Part shown: positions 29,112 to 39,212 of the stretch, in pieces
Layout: every line of letters begins with the position of its first letter
Numbering within the stretch: the first letter of the stretch is position 1
Source of the DNA: Candidatus Latescibacterota bacterium
Lineage (GTDB): Bacteria > Latescibacterota > UBA2968 > UBA8231
Length of the DNA: 64,000 nucleotides
Assembly: GCA_965206595.1 (NCBI GenBank)
Contig: OZ242214.1
Coordinates: 4,608,001-4,672,000 of the forward strand
Direction of reading: 5' to 3'
Position numbers and translations under genes: made by a program
Notes under the pieces: generated by a model
The model's input: only the letters and a program-made list of their open reading frames with translations
Database searches by the model: none
Told to the model about the DNA's origin: nothing

Positions 29112-30545
29112 TCAGCGTTTTACGGGGGCCAGATGCGGGCTCTGGCCCCCGAACAGCTCGGCCGCTTCCATCAGGGTTTCCGAGAGAGTGGGATGCGGGT
29201 GAATGGAATGGCTCAGATCGCTGGCCAGGGCCGCCATCTCGACGGCGAGAACCCCCTCGGCGATCAGCTCCCCGGCGCCGGCGCCGGCCACCCCGACGCC
29301 TAGCACGCGGCCGCTGGGCTTGTCGAGGATCAGCTTGGTGAGACCGTCGTTGCGGTCCTGGGTGGTGGCGCGGCCCGAAGCTCCCCATGGGAAGCGGGTA
29401 ATTTCGACGTCGAGGCCATCCGCCTTGGCCTCCTCCTCGGTCACCCCGCACCAGGCGACTTCGGGATCGGTGTACACGATGTTGGGAATGGCGTTCGGCT
29501 CGAAGGCGACGCGGTGACCGGCAATGACCTCGGCGGCTACCGCCCCTTCATGGCTGGCGCTGTGCGCAAGCCCGGATCCGGTGACGTCGCCGATCGCGAA
29601 GATCGACGGCTCCCCGGTGCGGCGCTGGTGATCGGCCTCGATGCAGCCGCGGCCGTCGACCTTTACCCGGGTGTTCTCCAGCCCGAGGCCGCCCGAATTG
29701 GGGGTGCGTCCGACGGCGACCAGGAGCTTGTCGTAGCTCTCCTCGAATGGCTCCCCTTCCCGGCGCTGAAAGGCGACCCGCAGGGCATCTTCCTCCACCC
29801 GGACCGAGCTTACCGTCGTATCGACCAGGATGCGCTCGCACAGCTCCTCCAGGCGGTCGTGCAGCGGCTTGACGAGGTCGCGGTCCGCCGGGGGCACCAG
29901 CCCCGGCATCATTTCGACCACGGAGACCGCGGACCCCAGCGAAGCGTAAACCGAGCCAAGCTCCACTCCGATGGCCCCGCCGCCGACGACTAGCAGCCGC
30001 GATGGGATTTCCGGGAGCTCCAGGGCGCTGGTCGAGTCCATGACGCGGTCGCCGCCGATGTCGAAAACCGGGAGGGTCGAGGGGCGCGAACCGGTGGCGA
30101 CAATGGCGTTCTCGAACTGAAGCTGCAGGCCGTCTTCACCGTCGGCATCCACCGAAAGAGTCCGGCCATCGACGAAGTGGGCCCGGCCGCGGATGAAGTT
30201 CACCTTGCGCCCCCTGGCGAGCTGGCCGAGTCCGCCGGCCATCCTGGCGACGACGCGGTCCTTGAAAGCCTTGAGTCGCTTCAGGTCGATCTCCGGTTCG
30301 CCGAACTTTATCCCCCACGCCTCTGCCTCCCTGGCCTCGTTAAGCAGCTTGCAGACGTGCAGCAGGGCCTTGGACGGAATGCAGCCCCGGTAGAGGCAGA
30401 CGCCGCCCGGCTTGGGGTCCGGGTCGATCAGGGTGACGTCCAGTCCGAGGTCGGCGGCCTTGAAGGCGGCGACGTAGCCTCCGGGGCCGGCGCCGATGAC
30501 GGCGAGCTGCGTTTTCGTCACGGCAGGGACCGGGTTCCTACCCAC
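29112..30545 (-). CDS. lpdA: Dihydrolipoamide dehydrogenase (E3)
   Basis: IGAGPGGY, GGVCLYRGCIPSKAL, GGGAIGVE, HPHPTLSE. Confidence 0.96.
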   Translation of the reverse strand: MGRNPVPAVTKTQLAVIGAGPGGYVAAFKAADLGLDVTLIDPDPKPGGVCLYRGCIPSKALLHVCKLLNEAREAEAWGIKFGEPEIDLKRLKAFKDRVVARMAGGLGQLARGRKVNFIRGRAHFVDGRTLSVDADGEDGLQLQFENAIVATGSRPSTLPVFDIGGDRVMDSTSALELPEIPSRLLVVGGGAIGVELGSVYASLGSAVSVVEMMPGLVPPADRDLVKPLHDRLEELCERILVDTTVSSVRVEEDALRVAFQRREGEPFEESYDKLLVAVGRTPNSGGLGLENTRVKVDGRGCIEADHQRRTGEPSIFAIGDVTGSGLAHSASHEGAVAAEVIAGHRVAFEPNAIPNIVYTDPEVAWCGVTEEEAKADGLDVEITRFPWGASGRATTQDRNDGLTKLILDKPSGRVLGVGVAGAGAGELIAEGVLAVEMAALASDLSHSIHPHPTLSETLMEAAELFGGQSPHLAPVKR

Positions 30546-32163
30546 CGAGGGCGAGCAGAAACGGGTTCTCGAGAGCGTCGCAGAACCAGCGCAGAAAGCG
30601 GGCTCCGTCGGCGCCGTCGATCAGGCGGTGATCGTAGGACAGGGCCAGGGGCATCATCAGGCGCGGCGCGAATTCGCCGTCGACCAGCACCGGCTCCTGG
30701 GCGCTGCGGGCGATTCCCAGAATCGCCACCTCTGGGGCGTTGACGAGCGGGGTGAACGCGGTGCCGCCGATCCCCCCGAGGTTGCTGATCGTGAAGGTGC
30801 CGCCCTGCATCTCTTCGATGCCGAGCTTGCCGCTGCGCGCCCTTGAGGAGATCTCGGTCAGTTCGACGGACAGCTGCACGATGCTCTTGCGGTGGACGTC
30901 GCGCACGACGGGCACCAGCAGCCCGCGCCCGGTATCCACGGCGACGCCGATGTTGATGTATTTCTTGTAGATCACTTCCTCGCTGCCGACGTCGATGCTG
31001 GCGTTGAAGGCGGGAAACCTCGACAACGCCGCCGCCGCCACCTTCAGGGCGATCGCCGTCGGCGTCAGCTTGCCGCCAGCCGCCTCGACCCCCTTGCCGT
31101 ATTTCCTGCGCCAGGCCTCGAGGTCGGTGACGTCCGCCTTGTCGAACTGCGTGACGTGGGGGATGGTCCCCCAGGCGCTCGCCATGTGGCGGGCGGTGGC
31201 ACGGCGCACGTTGCTCATCGGCTTGCGCTCGACGTCCCCCCACTTCGAGAAGTCGGGGAGCGGAGCGACCTCGGCTTGGGTGCCCGCGGCCTCGGGGGTC
31301 GCGGAGCGCCGGCTGTTGAGGGCGCGCGCATGCGCCTTTACGTCTTCTGCGGAGATGCGGCCCCCTGGTCCCGTGCCCCGGACCTCGGCGATGTCGATCC
31401 CGATTTCCCGGGCCAGTCGGCGCACGGACGGGGCCGCGGGAACCAGCTTAGTGGGCGCCAGTGTATCGGTGCCGGCCGGCGCCGCGGGTGCCGGAGCAGG
31501 AACGGGGGCCGGCGGCGGCGGTTCCTTCCCGGCAGGGAGGGAGGGAGCCGCCGCGGCAGGCGCGGCTTCCGGGGCGGAAGTTCTGTTTTCGGCGGTGAGG
31601 ACCAACTGCCCGACCGCAGCCTTGTCCCCTTCGCTCACGTGGACTGCGGTGACCTTGCCGGCGAGGGGTGAAGGCATCTCCACGACACCCTTGTCGATCT
31701 CGATCTCCAGCACCGGATCGTCGATGGCGATGTCGCTGCCTGCCGAAACCAGCACGGCGACGATGTCCCCGCTCTCGATCCCCTCACCGAGCGCGGGCAG
31801 GGTTACCTCGACTAGGCGGGAAGCCGGAGCTTCTCCGCCAGCCGGGGCCGGTGGCTGTGCTGCCGGCGGCGCCGGAGATTCGGCCTTTCGCACCCCCGTT
31901 TCAGGCTCCTGCGCGCCGCCGCCGGATTGTCCTTCAACCGTCAGGATGACCTGGCCCACCGCCGCGGTATCCCCTTCGGACACCATGACCTCGGCAATGG
32001 TACCCCTCACGGAGGAGGGGACCTCTATGACCGCCTTGTCGGTCTCGAGCTCGATGACCGGCTGGTCCTCCTCAAGGGAGTCGCCGACTGAAACGAGGAC
32101 ATTGACGACCTCTCCCGCTTCGATGTTTTCCCCGAGGTCGGGGAGTTTGAATTCGGTCGGCAT
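30538..32163 (-). CDS. aceF: Pyruvate dehydrogenase E2 dihydrolipoamide acetyltransferase, two lipoyl domains
   Basis: ETDKA and EIDKG lipoyl motifs, AAPSVRRLARE, SYDHRLIDGA. Confidence 0.95.
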   Translation of the reverse strand: MPTEFKLPDLGENIEAGEVVNVLVSVGDSLEEDQPVIELETDKAVIEVPSSVRGTIAEVMVSEGDTAAVGQVILTVEGQSGGGAQEPETGVRKAESPAPPAAQPPAPAGGEAPASRLVEVTLPALGEGIESGDIVAVLVSAGSDIAIDDPVLEIEIDKGVVEMPSPLAGKVTAVHVSEGDKAAVGQLVLTAENRTSAPEAAPAAAAPSLPAGKEPPPPAPVPAPAPAAPAGTDTLAPTKLVPAAPSVRRLAREIGIDIAEVRGTGPGGRISAEDVKAHARALNSRRSATPEAAGTQAEVAPLPDFSKWGDVERKPMSNVRRATARHMASAWGTIPHVTQFDKADVTDLEAWRRKYGKGVEAAGGKLTPTAIALKVAAAALSRFPAFNASIDVGSEEVIYKKYINIGVAVDTGRGLLVPVVRDVHRKSIVQLSVELTEISSRARSGKLGIEEMQGGTFTISNLGGIGGTAFTPLVNAPEVAILGIARSAQEPVLVDGEFAPRLMMPLALSYDHRLIDGADGARFLRWFCDALENPFLLALGG

Positions 32164-32167
32164 CAGT

Positions 32168-34828
32168 TCACACGGTTACCGGGTTTGGTTTTTCCGGATC
32201 GACATCGAGGTCCTTCATCGCTTTGGCAACCTCAAGCGCCTCGATCTCCCCCTCGTCGGCCAGGGCCTTCAGGGCCGACAGGACGATGTAGCGGGCATCC
32301 ACTTCGAAGAAGTCGCGCAGGGCCTGGCGCCCCTCACTGCGCCCGAAGCCGTCGGTGCCGAGCGAAACCGGCGGCCTCGGGAACCAGCGCGCGATCGACT
32401 CCGGCAGCGCCTTCACGTAATCGGAGGCGATGACGAACACCCCCCTTTCCCCCTCCAGGGCCTGTCTGACGTACGGCCACCGCGGCTCTTCGGTGGGATG
32501 CATGCGATTCCACCGATCCACCTCCAGGCCGTCGGTGTGAAGCTGCTTGAAGCTCGTGATGCTCCAGACGTCGGCGGCGACGCCGTACTTCTCTTCCAGG
32601 ATCACCCCGGCTTCGAGCGCCATGTTGACGATCGCCCCGCTGGCGAGCAGGTGCGCCTTCTTCGCCCCTTTCGCCGACGACTCCCGGAACTTGTACATGC
32701 CGCGAAGGATTCCGTCTTCGCAGCCGTCCGGCATCGGCGGCATCACGTAGGGCTCGTTCTCCACGGTCAGGTAGTAGAAAATGCTCTCCTGTTCTTCGTA
32801 CATGCGGCGGATGCCCTCGCGGATCACCACCTCGAGCTCGTACCCGAAGGCGGCGTCGTAGCTGAGCAGATTCGGGACCGGATAGGACAGCAGCAGGCTG
32901 TTGCCGTCGCAGTGCTGCAGGCCTTCGCCGCTGAGGGTCGTGCGCCCGGCGGTGCCGCCGATCAGGAAACCGCGGCAGCGCATGTCCCCCGCCAGCCACA
33001 CGAGGTCGCCGATGCGCTGGAGTCCGAACATGGAGTAGTAGATGTAGAACGGGATGGTGTTGATGCCGTGGGTCGAGTAGGCGGTACCGGCGGCGATGAA
33101 GGAGGAAATCGCCCCCGCCTCGGTGATACCCTCCTCCAGCACCTGTCCGTCGGTGGCCTCCTTGTAGTATGAAAGAGTATCGCGGTCCACCGGTTCGTAC
33201 AGCTGTCCGACGTGCGAGTAGATTCCGAAGGGTCTGAACAGGGAGTCGAGGCCGAAAGTGCGCGCTTCATCGGGGATGATCGGGACGATCAGCCTGCCGA
33301 TTTCCTTGTCGCGCATCAGCTTGGTGAGGATGCGCCCGAAAGCCATGGTAGTGGCGGTCTCGCGGCCCCCGCTGCCGTCCTTGAACTCCTGGAAGAACTG
33401 CGGCGGGGGCGTGGTCAGCGGCTTCGCCCTGACGGCGCGCTGCGGAAGCTGCCCCCCGAGCGCATCGCGGCGCTCCCGCAGGTAGACGACCTCCGGGCTG
33501 TCGTCGGGAGGCCGGTAGAACGGGGCCTCGGCGACCTCGTCGTCGGAGATCGGGATGCCGAAACGGGAGCGGAAATGCCGCAGCTCGTCCTCGTTGAGCT
33601 TCTTCTGCTGGTGGGTGATGTTCTTGCCTTCTCCGGCTTCGCCAAGACCATACCCTTTCACGGTCTTGGCGAGAATAACCGTGGGCGATCCGGTGTGCTC
33701 GACCGCCGCCTTGTAAGCGGCGTACACCTTTTCGGGGTCGTGGCCGCCCCGGCGCATGCGCACCAGTTGCTCGTCGGAGTGGTTCTCGACCATCTCCAAC
33801 AGGCGCGGGTGGACCCCGAAGAAGTGCTCGCGGATGAAGGGGCCGTCGGAAACCGTGTATTTCTGGTATTCGCCGTCGACGACCTCCCCCATGCGGGCGA
33901 TCAGGGCCGGGTCGTCCCGTTCGAGCAGGGGATCCCAGTCGTCCCCCCAAATAACCTTGATGACGTTCCATCCGGCGCCGCGGAACGCCGCTTCGAGCTC
34001 CTGGATGATCTTGCCGTTGCCCCGGACCGGACCGTCGAGCCGCTGCAGGTTGCAGTTGATCACCCAGATCAGGTTGTCGAGTTGTTCCCTCGAGGCAAGG
34101 GTGATGGCCCCGAGGGATTCCGGCTCGTCGGTCTCCCCATCCCCGAGGAACGCCCACACCTTCGACTCGCGGGTGCTGGCCAGTCCGCGGTCCTGGAGAT
34201 ACTTGTTGAAGCGCGCCTGGTAGATCGACAGGATGGGGCCGAGGCCCATCGACACGGTCGGGAACTGCCAGAATTCCGGCATCAGCCAGGGGTGGGGGTA
34301 AGAGGACAGCCCACCCCCGTCGCGCAATTCGCGTCGGAAATTTTCGAGGTGGCGCTCGGTCAGGCGGCCTTCGAGGAAGGCGCGGGCGTAGATCCCTGGG
34401 GTTGCATGCCCCTGGAAGTAAACCTGGTCGCCGGAGAACCCCGGCTTGGGGGCGCGGAAAAAGTGGTTGAAGCCGACTTCGTAGAGGGTGGCGGCAGAGG
34501 CGTAGGTCGAGATGTGACCGCCGGGTGCCGCCTTGTCGCGGTTGGCGCGCACGACCATCGCCATGGCGTTCCAGCGAATCAGGCTTTTCAGCCGCCGCTC
34601 GATCTCCCGGCTCCCGGGGTAGTTCGGCTGCCTCGACCGGGGAATCGTGTTGACGTAGGGGGTGTTGGCGGTAAACGGAATGCCGGTGCTCTCGGCCTTC
34701 GCCAGCAGCCTGTTCAGCAGCGCCTGGACCTCCTCGGGGCTGTATGTGGCCAGGACGTAGTCGAGCGATTCCAGCCACTCCTGCTGCTCGACTTCGAATC
34801 CCTCTCTGTATTCTTCTGCCTGGATCAT
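32168..34828 (-). CDS. aceE: Pyruvate dehydrogenase E1, homodimeric type
   Basis: RWNAMAMV, GGHISTYAS, SSYPHPWLMP, GDGETDEPES, EGLQH. Confidence 0.97.
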   Translation of the reverse strand: MIQAEEYREGFEVEQQEWLESLDYVLATYSPEEVQALLNRLLAKAESTGIPFTANTPYVNTIPRSRQPNYPGSREIERRLKSLIRWNAMAMVVRANRDKAAPGGHISTYASAATLYEVGFNHFFRAPKPGFSGDQVYFQGHATPGIYARAFLEGRLTERHLENFRRELRDGGGLSSYPHPWLMPEFWQFPTVSMGLGPILSIYQARFNKYLQDRGLASTRESKVWAFLGDGETDEPESLGAITLASREQLDNLIWVINCNLQRLDGPVRGNGKIIQELEAAFRGAGWNVIKVIWGDDWDPLLERDDPALIARMGEVVDGEYQKYTVSDGPFIREHFFGVHPRLLEMVENHSDEQLVRMRRGGHDPEKVYAAYKAAVEHTGSPTVILAKTVKGYGLGEAGEGKNITHQQKKLNEDELRHFRSRFGIPISDDEVAEAPFYRPPDDSPEVVYLRERRDALGGQLPQRAVRAKPLTTPPPQFFQEFKDGSGGRETATTMAFGRILTKLMRDKEIGRLIVPIIPDEARTFGLDSLFRPFGIYSHVGQLYEPVDRDTLSYYKEATDGQVLEEGITEAGAISSFIAAGTAYSTHGINTIPFYIYYSMFGLQRIGDLVWLAGDMRCRGFLIGGTAGRTTLSGEGLQHCDGNSLLLSYPVPNLLSYDAAFGYELEVVIREGIRRMYEEQESIFYYLTVENEPYVMPPMPDGCEDGILRGMYKFRESSAKGAKKAHLLASGAIVNMALEAGVILEEKYGVAADVWSITSFKQLHTDGLEVDRWNRMHPTEEPRWPYVRQALEGERGVFVIASDYVKALPESIARWFPRPPVSLGTDGFGRSEGRQALRDFFEVDARYIVLSALKALADEGEIEALEVAKAMKDLDVDPEKPNPVTV

Positions 34829-35067
34829 TTTCGAGATTCACCTGGGTGGCGCACCGATGGCTACCGGTGACCTTGCGGCGATGCGTTTGCGCGCGCAACC
34901 GGGCAGGCCGGTAGCCCCTCTGCCGTATGGCTCCTGAGGGCCACAGAATTTACGCGAATTCGGGATAACAACCAGTTGCGATTGCCCGCAGTAGCGATTG
35001 CCCGGCTTACTGCGGAAAGCGACCTTCAAAAGGACGACTCAACGCTCAACTTTTTTCTGCCACCGCA

Positions 35068-36840
35068 ATGCGACGACGACGCGATTCGATCATCTGGCCA
35101 TGCCTGATCATCTCTTTTCTGCTGCATCTGGTGGCGGTGAACTACATCGCCCTGTCCTGGCGCGAGGCGGAAGAAGCCAAGGCATTCAGGGCGAGGATCG
35201 CCAACATCCCTGCGAGGCGCTTCGAACCGCAACGGATGCGCGTCCCGGAACCCAAACGGCTGCCCGAGTCGAGGATGGAATACCTCCGTCAGGAAGCCGA
35301 GCCGGAGGCCATGACGGAGGAGGTCACCCGCACAGAGCTCGTGCCTCGGGCCCCGGAGGCGCCCGAGGTCGACATCGCCCTCCAGGAAATCGTTACCGGA
35401 GCGCCGCCCGAAACCCTGGCATTCGTCGAGGAGCGCATGCTTTCGCCTCACGAGTATGGCTGGGCGGACACCGCAGGGCGCAGCGAGGCTCTCGATCTGT
35501 TGCGCATGGAGGATCTCGCCCGAGCAGGGAAGGTTCCCGCCACCATCATTCCCGGCCTCCACAGCCGCCGGGACGCCAGGGGGTACATCAACATCCCGAG
35601 GCTGCACCTGTACGGGGCCGGAGCCCGCGGCTTCGCTCTCGACGCCCTGGCTCGCTACGCTCGCGACCGCACGAACATTCTCGTTCAGGTCGACCAGCAC
35701 CGGCACAGCTATTTCGACTCGGAATCCCTCCTCGACGACCCGATTCACTTCCTGTTCGAGGGCGGAGGAAACCCGGTCACTACCTCCGAATACCGGGTCC
35801 GATTCCACGACAAGGAGAAAGAGCTGCTTGCAGAATACATGCGCAGCGGCGGGCTGCTCTATATCGAGGGGGTCGAGGGTCGTTATCGCTTTCTGACCGA
35901 AATGGTCGACACCCTGAAGTCGATCCTGAAAAACGACGGCGGTATCGGTCCGATCGACGTCGATCACGACCTGTATCACTCCTTCTTCGACTTCTACACC
36001 GGTTTCCCTGGAGAGGAGGGCAAGGACGACCTTCTCGAGGTGTCGGAGGGATCGTGGTACTACCCCGGCTCGGAGCGCGGCGATGCGTTGCCACCGTCGG
36101 AAGAACCGTCTTCAGCAATTGAGGAGGACACTGTTCCCGGGCTGCCCAAACTGGGGCTTTGGGGCGTCCAGCTCGACGGCCGTCTCGTGGCCATCTTCAG
36201 CGACATAGCCCTTTGGCAAAAATGGGGAGGGATGTACGAGCTCGAGGAAGAGGCGTCGGCCGCCAGCGGGCCCTTCCTCCAGGCAGGCCTGAACATCCTG
36301 ATGTACGTCCTGAGCCGCGAGGACGGTCTCACACCGGTGCGCGTGCGTCCTGCCTGGGAGGTCACGCGTCCGCGGGTCGCCCCGCAGGAGGAACCGACGA
36401 CCAAGGTCGTGAGCCGCCTTGCCGCAGAGGAAACAGCCAGTCTCGACCGGCTGGCCGACCTCGACGGCTCCCTTGCCCTGCTGCAGTCACCCCTGGGGGC
36501 GGCCGTCGCCGAAGGGGGGGTCACAATCCGGCTCGGGGGGCGCTACACCATATCCTTGCTGCGGGGGGGTAACAACGGGATCCTCCTTCACAACGTCCCG
36601 GCCGGCAGCCACTGGGTCGAAATCGACTACGGCGGGAAGGAGCGGGAAATTGAGGTGGCCGTCGAAGGGGGGCGGGTGACGACGGTGACCTTCGGCATCA
36701 GCCGGTTGGCCTTCGTCAGGCGCCTGAGGCTGAAGGAGCAGTCGGACCGCGTGCCGTTGATGGACTGGATGCTCGGTTTTTCCGACCTGGAAATCGAGGA
36801 GATGTTCCTCGCCGAAGACCGGGACAGCCTGCGCGACTGA
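35068..36840 (+). CDS. Membrane-anchored DUF4159-like domain protein
   Basis: N-terminal TM (SFLLHLV); LAEYMRSGGLLYIE, HDLYHSFFD, LWGVQLDGRLVAIFS, LQAGLNILMYVL. Confidence 0.65.
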   Translation: MRRRRDSIIWPCLIISFLLHLVAVNYIALSWREAEEAKAFRARIANIPARRFEPQRMRVPEPKRLPESRMEYLRQEAEPEAMTEEVTRTELVPRAPEAPEVDIALQEIVTGAPPETLAFVEERMLSPHEYGWADTAGRSEALDLLRMEDLARAGKVPATIIPGLHSRRDARGYINIPRLHLYGAGARGFALDALARYARDRTNILVQVDQHRHSYFDSESLLDDPIHFLFEGGGNPVTTSEYRVRFHDKEKELLAEYMRSGGLLYIEGVEGRYRFLTEMVDTLKSILKNDGGIGPIDVDHDLYHSFFDFYTGFPGEEGKDDLLEVSEGSWYYPGSERGDALPPSEEPSSAIEEDTVPGLPKLGLWGVQLDGRLVAIFSDIALWQKWGGMYELEEEASAASGPFLQAGLNILMYVLSREDGLTPVRVRPAWEVTRPRVAPQEEPTTKVVSRLAAEETASLDRLADLDGSLALLQSPLGAAVAEGGVTIRLGGRYTISLLRGGNNGILLHNVPAGSHWVEIDYGGKEREIEVAVEGGRVTTVTFGISRLAFVRRLRLKEQSDRVPLMDWMLGFSDLEIEEMFLAEDRDSLRD

Positions 36841-36869
36841 CCGGCGCAGGCCATGGCGTAAAAAGCGGA

Positions 36870-38324
36870 CTACCTGTAGCGGGTAATCCGGCCCTCCTGC
36901 AGACGTTGCCAGTAATCCTGGAGACAGGCCTTGATTTGCGGGCTCAGGAGCACGCCGCCGAGGATGTTGGGGAAGGCCATGCCGAGGATCATCATGTCGG
37001 TGAATCCGATGATGTTGTCGAGAGCCGTCACACTGCCGAGGAAGACGAAAAGAACGAAAATGAAGCGGAAGAGGATAACCGTGGCGGGGCCGAAGAGATA
37101 TTCCCAGGCGCGTTCGCCGTAATACGACCAGGAGATCATCGTCGAATACGCAAACAGGGTGACAGCCAGGGCCAGAACGTATCGCGCCCCGGGGATGAAG
37201 GACTCGAAGGCCGCCGCGGTCATGCGCGCCCCCACGATGGAGCCCCCGGAGGACTGGAACTGCGGATCCTGGTAGACGCCGGTCAGCAGGCAGACAAGCG
37301 CCGTCATCATGCAGATGACGATGGTGTCGATGAAGGGGCCGATCATGGCGACGATCCCCTCCCGCGCCGCTTCGTTCGTCTTGGCAGCCGCGTGCGCGAA
37401 GGCCGCGGACCCGAGTCCGGCTTCGTTGGAGAAGGCCGCACGGCGGATGCCCCAGACCAGGGTGTAGATGAAGCCGCCGCCGACCGCGCGGCCTGTGAAG
37501 GCGTCTTCGATGATCAGGGCGATCATGCCCGGCAGCTCGCCGATGTGGGCGAGGATGATGAACAGGCAAACGGCGACGTACAACACGCACATTAACGGCA
37601 CGATCCGCGAGGTGACGCGGCCGATGCGGCGGATGCCGCCGATGATGACGAGGCCGACGAGGAGAGCCATGAGGAGGCCGACCGCCCAGTTGAAGTCGCG
37701 AAACCCCGGGTGCACGGTTCCCAGTACCTCGAGTGTCTGATTCGCCTGGAACATGTTGCCGCCTCCCAGGCTGCCGCCGATGGTCAGCACGGCGAAAAGC
37801 ACCGCCAGGGTACGTCCAAACTCCAGCCAGCCCTTGGCGCCGAGGCCCTGCTCCAAGTAGTACATGGGGCCGCCGGCGATACGGCCGCCGGGGTGGATAC
37901 GACGGTACATCACCGCCAAGGTGCAGGAGGCGAGCTTCGAGGCCATGCCGAAGAGGGCGGTGACAACCATCCAGAAGACGGCCCCCGGGCCGCCGACGCT
38001 GACGGCGATGGCAACTCCGGCGATGTTGCCGAGGCCGATCGTCGCCGACAGGGCGCTGGTCAGGGCCTGAAAGTGGGATATCTCCCCCGGGTCGGAGGGG
38101 TCGTCGTAGCGGCCGCGAATGACGTCGATGGAATGGCGAAAGGCGCGGATCGTCAGCCAGGAGAAGTAGAAGCTGTAGTAGATGCCGCCGAGTAGCAGGA
38201 CGGCGACGATAAGGGGCAGGCCGCTGCCGAAATCGGCGAACAGAAAGAGGTTGAGGACCTCGACGACACTGCCGAACAGGGTGTCGATGGCGGCGAGCTG
38301 CTCGTGAATCCAAGCGTTATTCAT
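36870..38324 (-). CDS. Alanine/glycine:cation symporter (AGCS family)
   Basis: GEISHFQAL..ALSATIGLGNIAGVA, GGPGAVFWM, GGPMYY, FSNEAGLGS, PFIDT. Confidence 0.94.
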   Translation of the reverse strand: MNNAWIHEQLAAIDTLFGSVVEVLNLFLFADFGSGLPLIVAVLLLGGIYYSFYFSWLTIRAFRHSIDVIRGRYDDPSDPGEISHFQALTSALSATIGLGNIAGVAIAVSVGGPGAVFWMVVTALFGMASKLASCTLAVMYRRIHPGGRIAGGPMYYLEQGLGAKGWLEFGRTLAVLFAVLTIGGSLGGGNMFQANQTLEVLGTVHPGFRDFNWAVGLLMALLVGLVIIGGIRRIGRVTSRIVPLMCVLYVAVCLFIILAHIGELPGMIALIIEDAFTGRAVGGGFIYTLVWGIRRAAFSNEAGLGSAAFAHAAAKTNEAAREGIVAMIGPFIDTIVICMMTALVCLLTGVYQDPQFQSSGGSIVGARMTAAAFESFIPGARYVLALAVTLFAYSTMISWSYYGERAWEYLFGPATVILFRFIFVLFVFLGSVTALDNIIGFTDMMILGMAFPNILGGVLLSPQIKACLQDYWQRLQEGRITRYR

Positions 38325-38495
38325 GGTCCAACTTTAACCATGGACGCGGGTGATCACAAATCGGGATAAATCTCCGGGGATAGCAGACAGGGAGGGCGCT
38401 TGCAATCCCTGTTAGCAAATTGAAAGGCACTGCCCTGCTCCGGCTGACTCTGGCTCGCCAACGAGCTCCGGGGCCGGGAGACGCAAGGCATCCAC

Positions 38496-39212
38496 CTAAG
38501 GGCTTCTTCCTTCGGCAGGCATCCAATCGGGCAATCCGCCCTCGATCCTGACGGTGAGCCGTTCCGGCCTGGCGGCGTCGGGCTCGAAGGCGCGCTCGAT
38601 CACGAGCAACGCCATCGGGACGCGGTGCAGGCGCGCTTTCCGCATCGCCGCGAAGAAACGCAGGTTCTCGCGCTCGACCAGGTCCGGTTCAGGTGAGGTT
38701 CCGCTGCAGATCAGCAGGCAGACCTCGAGGCCGCGGCGCTCCGCCGCCTCGAAGGTGAGAGCGGTGTGATTCAGCGTCCCGAGGCCGGGACGGGCGACGA
38801 CGGCCAGGGCGGCGTTGAGGCGCAGGGCGAGGTCGGCGAAATCCCGCTTCTCATCGATCGGCACCAGAAGCCCCCCCGAGCCCTCCACCAGGGTGAGGTC
38901 GTGAGACGCGGCCACGGACTCGCACTGCCCCACCAGGGTCTCGAAGTCGAGCCGCAGCCCGGCGCGCCGGGCTGCGATCAGCGGCGCCAGCGGTTCGGGG
39001 AAAGAGGCCAGCGTCCCCAGGGTCACGTCCATTCCGTGGAGGGCGGCGCGGTAGAACGCCTCGTCGCCGTCGACCTCCGGATCGGCGCCGGTCTGGACCG
39101 CCTTAATCAGGGCAACCCTTCCCGCCTGCGACGCTTTCCACGCGAGCCAGGCGGAAGCGACCGTTTTGCCGACGCCGGTGTCGGTCCCGGTCACGAGCAC
39201 GACCCTACCCAC
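38496..39212 (-). CDS. bioD: Dethiobiotin synthetase
   Basis: VTGTDTGVGKT, KAVQTG, VEGSGGLLVP, LGTLNHT. Confidence 0.93.
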   Translation of the reverse strand: MGRVVLVTGTDTGVGKTVASAWLAWKASQAGRVALIKAVQTGADPEVDGDEAFYRAALHGMDVTLGTLASFPEPLAPLIAARRAGLRLDFETLVGQCESVAASHDLTLVEGSGGLLVPIDEKRDFADLALRLNAALAVVARPGLGTLNHTALTFEAAERRGLEVCLLICSGTSPEPDLVERENLRFFAAMRKARLHRVPMALLVIERAFEPDAARPERLTVRIEGGLPDWMPAEGRSP

